From positions 1,302,001 through 1,366,000 of the forward strand of contig JABVCE010000008.1 in NCBI GenBank assembly GCA_014905635.1: a stretch of 64,000 nt of DNA. The letters run 5' to 3'. Both the position numbers and the translations under genes were made by a program. The notes under the pieces are model-generated. The model did no database searches, was not told where the DNA came from, and saw nothing but the letters and a program-made list of their open reading frames with translations. This document shows positions 47,711 to 64,000 of the stretch, piece by piece. The number at the start of each line of letters is the position of its first letter. Within the stretch, counting starts at the first letter, position 1. This stretch comes from Scenedesmus sp. PABB004. Its lineage: Eukaryota.

Positions 47711-50700
47711 GGCCAGCTCCTGCGCAGCCGCGTGCGCCTGGTCTGCGAGGTGCTGCTGCGGCGCCGCCGCCGCCGCAGAGAAGCGCCGCCGCGGCGCGCC
47801 CAGAGCCGCGCCCTGCTCCCGCACCGCACGGCCGCCAGCCTGCTGCGTGCGCGGCGGCGGCGGCGGAGGCGTGCGCCGCCGCCGCCGCTGGCCGGCAGCT
47901 TCGCCGCCGCCGCCGCCGGTCTCCGCAGGCTCCGCGGCGGTGGCGGCGGCGGCGCGCGCTGCAGGCTGCGGCGCCTGTGCGCGCGCGCGCTCCGCCTCCT
48001 TGGCCGCCGCCGCGGCCGCCTTGGCCACGAGCGCTGGCGTCCAGCCGCTGCCCTCCGGGTCGCGCGCCAGGTGCTCCAGGCGCAGCGCCGCCCAGCTCGC
48101 ATAGTCCGGGAAGCGCGCGGCCCACTCCCCCGCCGCCTGCTTGTGCGGCGCCGCGAGCGCGACCTGCGGCGCCGGCGGGCGGCGTGGGAGCGGGGCGGGC
48201 GGCGGGAGCGTGCCGCTGGCGGCGCCGCGCGCGCGCGCGCGCGCACACAGACACACACCTCCTCCTGCCGCCCCGTGGCCAGCAGGTATTCGAGGCGCAG
48301 CGGCAGCCGCCCGCTGCTGTTGCACGAGTAGGCGGCCTGCCACGCCGGCGCGCGCCCGCCGCCGACGCTGCCGCCGCCGCTGCCGCCTTCGCCGCCGGCG
48401 CCGCCGCCGCCGCCGCTGCTGTCCCCGCCACCGCCGGCGCCAAGCAGCGCGGCGCGGCGCGAGCAGTGGCGCGCGGCGCCGTCGGCCCAGCGGCTGCTGG
48501 CGGCGACGAGGCGGTTCAGCAGGCGCATGTGGGCCACGACCGCGGCGGCGTCGCTGACGAGCAGCCGGGGGTAGGACTGCGGGGAGGGCGAGGGCGCGGG
48601 AGCGCGGGGGCGTGGGGTGTCGCGCCGCGCGCGGGGAGCCGCGCGCGCGCGCGCGCGCGCGCGTGCGTGCGCGGGGAGCAGGGCGGCGGCCGCTCACCGC
48701 GACCGCGTGCAGCGCGTCGTCCCGCGTCCAGCCCATGCCGGCGCAGATGGCGCCAAGCTTGCGCGACACGCTGGCTGGCGAGAGCGTGAGCAGCTGCGGG
48801 TCGGTGCGGGCCATCGCCAGCAGCGTCTCGCGCGCCACGCCCAGCGCCTGCGCGGGGGAGCGAGCGCGGGGGCCGCTCGTGTGGGCGGGCGCGTCGCGCG
48901 GCGGCGTCGCGGCGCCGCCGCCATCGCCGGCGCCCGCCACGCGGCGCGCCCGCCCCGGGGCGGCCGCTCACCGCGCTGTGCGCGTCCACCTGGGCGGCGA
49001 CGTAGTCGGAGCTCACGCTCAGCAGCGACGCGGCGCGCACGGTGAGCGCGAGCACGTCGCGGCGGCGCAGGGCCAGCAGGTCGCCCAGCGCGTCGACCTT
49101 GGCGTCGAGGCTGTCCGGCGAGTAGTTCAGCAGGCTCGGCTGCGCGCGCAGCAGGTAGGGCAGGCGGTGGCTGTACGGCCCCAGCACGCCCTGCGGCGGC
49201 GCGGCGGCGCGGCCCCGTGTGTGTCAACAGGAGGGGAGGGCGAGGCGGCAGACGGCCGCGCGCGGCGCCGGCGCGGCACCTGCAGCGCTGCGAGCTTGGC
49301 CTGCAGGCTGACGGGGTTGGCGGTGATGATCAGGGGGTACTTGACCGCCAGCGCCGACACCTGGCCCGCGCTCAGGCCGACGCACTGCAGCGCGCCGCGG
49401 TTGGCCGCCAGCTGCGCGGCCAGCGTGCGCGGGTTGGACGTCAGCACCCTGCGGGGGCGCACCGGGGGACGCCGGGGCGGGCCGGGTCAGCGCCGGGAGC
49501 CGGGGGCGCGGCAGCCGCTGGCCGTGGCAGCACAGCGCGGCGCGGCGGGGCGCACCTCGGGGAGCGCCTGACAATGCGCTGCATGTCGGCGTCGCTGAGG
49601 CCCAGCAGCTGCTGCAGCAGCGCCGCGTTGCTGAGCATGGTCGTGGCGCTGGAGCTCAGCAGGTGCGGCTGGGCCGACACCGCGCCGTGCACGACATCGG
49701 CGCCAAACCTGGAGTGGGGCGGCGCGAGGCGGCGGCGCGCGCGTCGCCCGGGCGCGGGCGGGCGGCAGGAGCCGCCCGCGCGCCCCCGCCGCGCGCCCTC
49801 CAGTAGCGCACCTGTCCGCGAGGCGCGTCAGCTTGGCGCGGACGGTGGCCACGCTGTTGCGCGTGAACGAGCTGCTCGCGGCCGCGAGCGTGGTGGGGCG
49901 GGGCGGGCGGCCCAGGACGTCCTCGTATGCGGCAGCAATGCCGGCGAGCCGCTCCGGCGCGCGCTGCCGGCGCAGCTGCGTGGTGAGCTCGGGGCAGCCC
50001 TGCACAAACGCCGCCGCGCTCGCCGGGCCCAGGACCGCCGCGAGCTCCGACAGCAGCCGGTCGAGCGACGCGCCGAGCGCGCCCGGCGGCACCTGCCGCG
50101 GCGGCGCCGGGGCAGCGGCGGCGGCGGCGGCGGCGCGGCGGGGGTGCGTCCCAGGCTCGGCGGCGCGGGGGCCCGGGGCCAGCGCGCGGCGCACTGCCAG
50201 GCGTGGCGCGGCGCGGTGCGGCGGCGCACCAGCACCACGCCGGGGTCGCGCGCCAGCAGCGCCTGCACGTCCAGCGCGCCCCACGTGCCCGCGCGCGCCG
50301 CGGCCGGCGCCGCCGCGGCGCGCGCGTGCGCGCGCAGCAGGCGCCGCGCGCACGCCGCCACGCGCGCCGCCGAGGGCTGCAGCTCGCGCCGCGGGCAGCC
50401 GGGGCGCGTCCAGAAGCGCAGCGCCGCGGCCGCAAAGCCCCCGGCCACCGCCTGCGCGCGGGCGCGGCGGGCGCGCAGGGAGCGCACTCAGCAGAGGGGC
50501 TGACCGAGGGGGCCCGCGCGGCCACCCGGCACACGCGCGCGCGCCCACCTTTTGCACGGCAAGCGCCGCGTCGCGCTGCAGCCCCAGGCCCTGCAGGCGC
50601 GCCAGCAGCTGCTGGCGCGCCGCAGCCTCGCCCGCCTCGCCGCCCCCAGGGTCCACTGCGGCGGCGGCGGGCTGCTGGCAGGCCGCCGCCTGCTCCGCCG

Positions 50701-51111
50701 TGCCGAACGCCCGCGGCGTCGCCGCCTGCTGCGGCCACGCCGGCACGGCGTTCGCGGGGCTCCCTGCCGCAGCGGGCGGGGGCGAGCAGCGGGGGCGGGC
50801 GGCGCGCGCGCGGCGCGCGTGAGCACCTGGCGGCGTGCATTGCCCAGTGCGGCCAGCGCCGCGCGGCCGCCGGCGCATGCGCCCGCGCGCCGAGCCGCCG
50901 CCGCACCGGGCGCCGCTGCCGCCGCTGCTGCCGCGTGCGGGCCGCTGCCACCGCCGCCGCCGCCGCCGAGGCACAGCGCACCGGCCGGCCAGGCGCCGGG
51001 CGCGGCGCGCAGCAGCGCCAGCAGGCCGCAGGCCTGGCCGGCGCCGGCGGCAGCGGCGCCGCTGCCGCCTGCCAGGGCCGCGCCCGCCAGGCGCCCGCCG
51101 GCCCGCAGCAT
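47363..51111 (-). CDS. mTERF-like organellar helical-repeat protein (multi-exon)
   Basis: Repeated motifs QPHLLSSSATTMLSN, VKYPLIITANPVSLQAKL, AQPSLLNYSPDSLDAKV and DPQLLTLSPASVSRKL. The N-terminus MLRAGGRLAGAALA resembles a targeting peptide. Confidence 0.7.
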
Positions 51112-51411
51112 CGTGCTCCCACGCCTCAGTGAGATTGTGGCGCCGCGCGGCACGCGCGCGCGGTTGCGGGTTGGCGGCGGTTAAAGCGCTTGAACGCGCC
51201 GGCGCGGCGCTGGCGGCACCCGCCGCGCCCCGAAGGCCCGCCACACACCGGCGTCCCCGTGATCGACCGCGCCGCCGCAGCCGTCGGCCGAGCAGCGGCG
51301 CAGCGCCGGCGGCGGGGGGCAGCGCAACGAACCGGCGCCGCGCCCGGCGCGCCGGAGCCGCGGCTCGCCCCCAGATCATGCGCAGCGCGTAGGCGCCTGC
51401 CGCACGGCCAC

Positions 51412-58485
<7,074 letters not shown>

Positions 58486-58752
58486 GGGGGTGTGAGACGA
58501 CGGGACCGCGCACAGTGAGGACGTGTGAGAGGACCGCTGCGGACTGGACCGCGAACAACGGCGGCGCCGCCGGCCGACGCACGCGCTCCCGCCGCCTCCA
58601 CCCGCTCGCCGTTTGCGGCAGCAACGATCCGCGCGCCGCTCCGAGTGCAGGGCGCTCCAGCCGCGCAGGAGCGGCGCCAAACGGCGGCGCGCCCAACGCG
58701 AGGCGCAGGCCCACGCTCACGTCGCCTGGCCCGCACGCACTGACGTGCTCGA

Positions 58753-60124
58753 ATGGCAATTTCTTATCTGTCTCGGGCGTGCGGCGGTCTCAGCTGCAAC
58801 GGCGGCGACGGCAGCGGCCGCGGCGCGCGGCAGCCTGGCGGCGCCGGCCCGCAGCGTTCGCCCCGTGCCGGAGCACGCGCTCCGCGTGCCGTCGTGAGTC
58901 GCGCGCTGCTGCTGGTGGCGATGGCGGCGCTCGCGGCGGCCCCGGCGGCGGCGGACGGGCGCGTGAGCAGCGGCGTGCCGTTGGGCCTGCGCAGCCAGTG
59001 GCTGTTCGGCGGCGGCTACTGCGGCGAGCTGTGCATCCAGATGACCGCGCTCACGCACGGCGCCTGGGTCAGCCAGTGGAGCGCGCGGTGCGGCGGCGCC
59101 AGGCTGCGCGCGCGCCGCGCGCCGCGGCCCCACGCTCCGCGCCCCCGCCCGCAGAACGCTCGGCGGCGGCGAGCTGCTGGTCGGGGGCAACCTCGAGGGC
59201 GTCGTGCGGAAGCTCGGCTTCGGCCTGCAGCGCTGGCCGTCGGCCGGCCCGCCGCCGCCGGGCAGCGCCGACTACCGGCGCGCGTTCCAGGTCTGGGCCA
59301 AGGGCCAGCTGATGGCGGGCAACGTCGTCATTGCTGGCGTGCGGCTGAGCGCCGCCGACCTGGACGGCGTGAAGCCTGATGACACCTACGACCACATCAT
59401 CCCCTTGTTTGACGGTGAGTCCCGCGCCGCGCCGCGCCGCGCCGCCGGCTGCAGCCCGCGCGGGCGCGGGGGCGCGGGGCCGCGCCGCAGCACGCGGGGC
59501 TGCGCCGCCGCAGCAGCACGCGGGCGCCGACGCCCCCGCGCCCGCGTGCGTGCCCGCGCAGTGAGCCGCGACCCCGCCGCGGGCGGCGCGTGGGACGCGG
59601 CCGACGTTTTCACCTGGGCGGACGATTTTGGCGGGCAGTCGCGCATGTCCGCGGGCGACGCCGCGTTCTTCGCGCCGTTCAAGGGCTGCGTGCGCACCGG
59701 CGGCTGCCTGCCGTCGGACAAGCCGATCTATTCGGCCGCGATGGCCGGCCCCGCCGACGGGGCGGGCGTGATGCTGCCGGCGCGGCTCGACATCCTCGGC
59801 TGGTCCGACGGCACGCCGCCGACGCGCGAGCCGTCCACGCGCGGCGCGCGGCGCGCGTGGGCGCGGTACCGGCTGGACCTCCGCGCCGCGGGGCTGGCGC
59901 CGGGGGAGACCTTCACCGTGTTCCGCTGCGACGGCGCCGGCTCGCTGCCCGCCAACCCGGCCTCCGCGGCCGACCTCGCGGGCGCGGCGCGCTGCCGCGC
60001 GATGGGCAGCTGGGTCTGGGGCGAGCCGGGCGCGGCGGAGGGGCTCACGCAGGACAGCCTGGGCCGGCTCTGGTCGGCGAGCGTGGCCTACTTTGTCGCG
60101 CTGCGCGGCGACGGCGCGGCGTGA
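58753..60124 (+). CDS. Uncharacterised, probably secreted protein with a papain/C39-like Q..C..H arrangement
   Basis: Exons ~58753(or 58921)-59087, 59155-59414, 59562-60124. Hydrophobic leader ALLLVAMAALAAAPAAA, then SQWLFGGGYCGELCIQMTAL..WVSQ..R and VIAGV..YDHIIP. The start codon is uncertain and peptidase function is an inference. Confidence 0.65.
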
Positions 60125-60436
60125 GCGGCCGGGGCCCGCGCGCGCGCACGCAGCGAGCAGGAGTTGTTGTGGCGCTTGTGGGCTGGTGCACGGGCTGCAA
60201 CGGGCAAACAGGCACGGTCGGCGCAAGCCGCCGCCGCGCCGCAGCGCGCTGCTGAGCCCCGATACCCGAAGCCGCATGAACAGCGCGCCGCGCCCTGCTC
60301 GTTCGTCAGACCACCTGCACAGCGCGACCCGCGCCAGGCACTCGGCTGCCGCACGCCGCTCGCTGCCGCCTCCGCTGGCGCGCCGCTGCTGCTGCTGTCG
60401 CCGAATCGCAGCCGCCGGAGCGCCGCGCCTCCCGGG

Positions 60437-63978
<3,542 letters not shown>

Positions 63979-64000
63979 GTCTGCGACCCGTCGGCATAGG

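Overview
Eukaryotic nuclear DNA, extremely GC-rich, with short spliceosomal introns. It most resembles a chlorophyte green alga (inferred from the gene set, GTGCG/GCGCG donors and a TGTAA signal). Almost all long ORFs in the supplied track are GC shadow frames, so genes were rebuilt by hand from exons. In order the window holds: a gene 3' end, a TPR protein, a RUP/COP1-type WD40 protein, tRNA-Phe, a ZNG1/CobW GTPase, TIM9, a second tRNA-Phe, a ZGRF1-like helicase, a PHO4/PTB phosphate symporter, BCD1/ZNHIT6, RTCA, a small CxxCxGxG zinc-finger protein, a ~20.6 kb sacsin-like gene with a C-terminal RING, an mTERF-like protein, an ATAD2/Yta7-like AAA+ ATPase, an uncharacterised Cys/His peptidase-like protein and a carotenoid cleavage dioxygenase. 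The most notable structures are: (1) a ~1.1 kb near-perfect inverted repeat carrying tRNA-Phe, which brackets ZNG1 and the 5' part of TIM9 so the segment could invert without breaking a gene; (2) patchy near-identity, introns included, between sacsin repeats 1 and 2, suggesting intragenic gene conversion; (3) a tandem duplication of the PTB/BCD1 bidirectional promoter with telomere-like filler at the junction; (4) a ~150-nt intergenic hairpin; (5) many GC-AG introns. Exon boundaries are manual and approximate. Assembly artefacts cannot be excluded for the duplications or the frameshifts.
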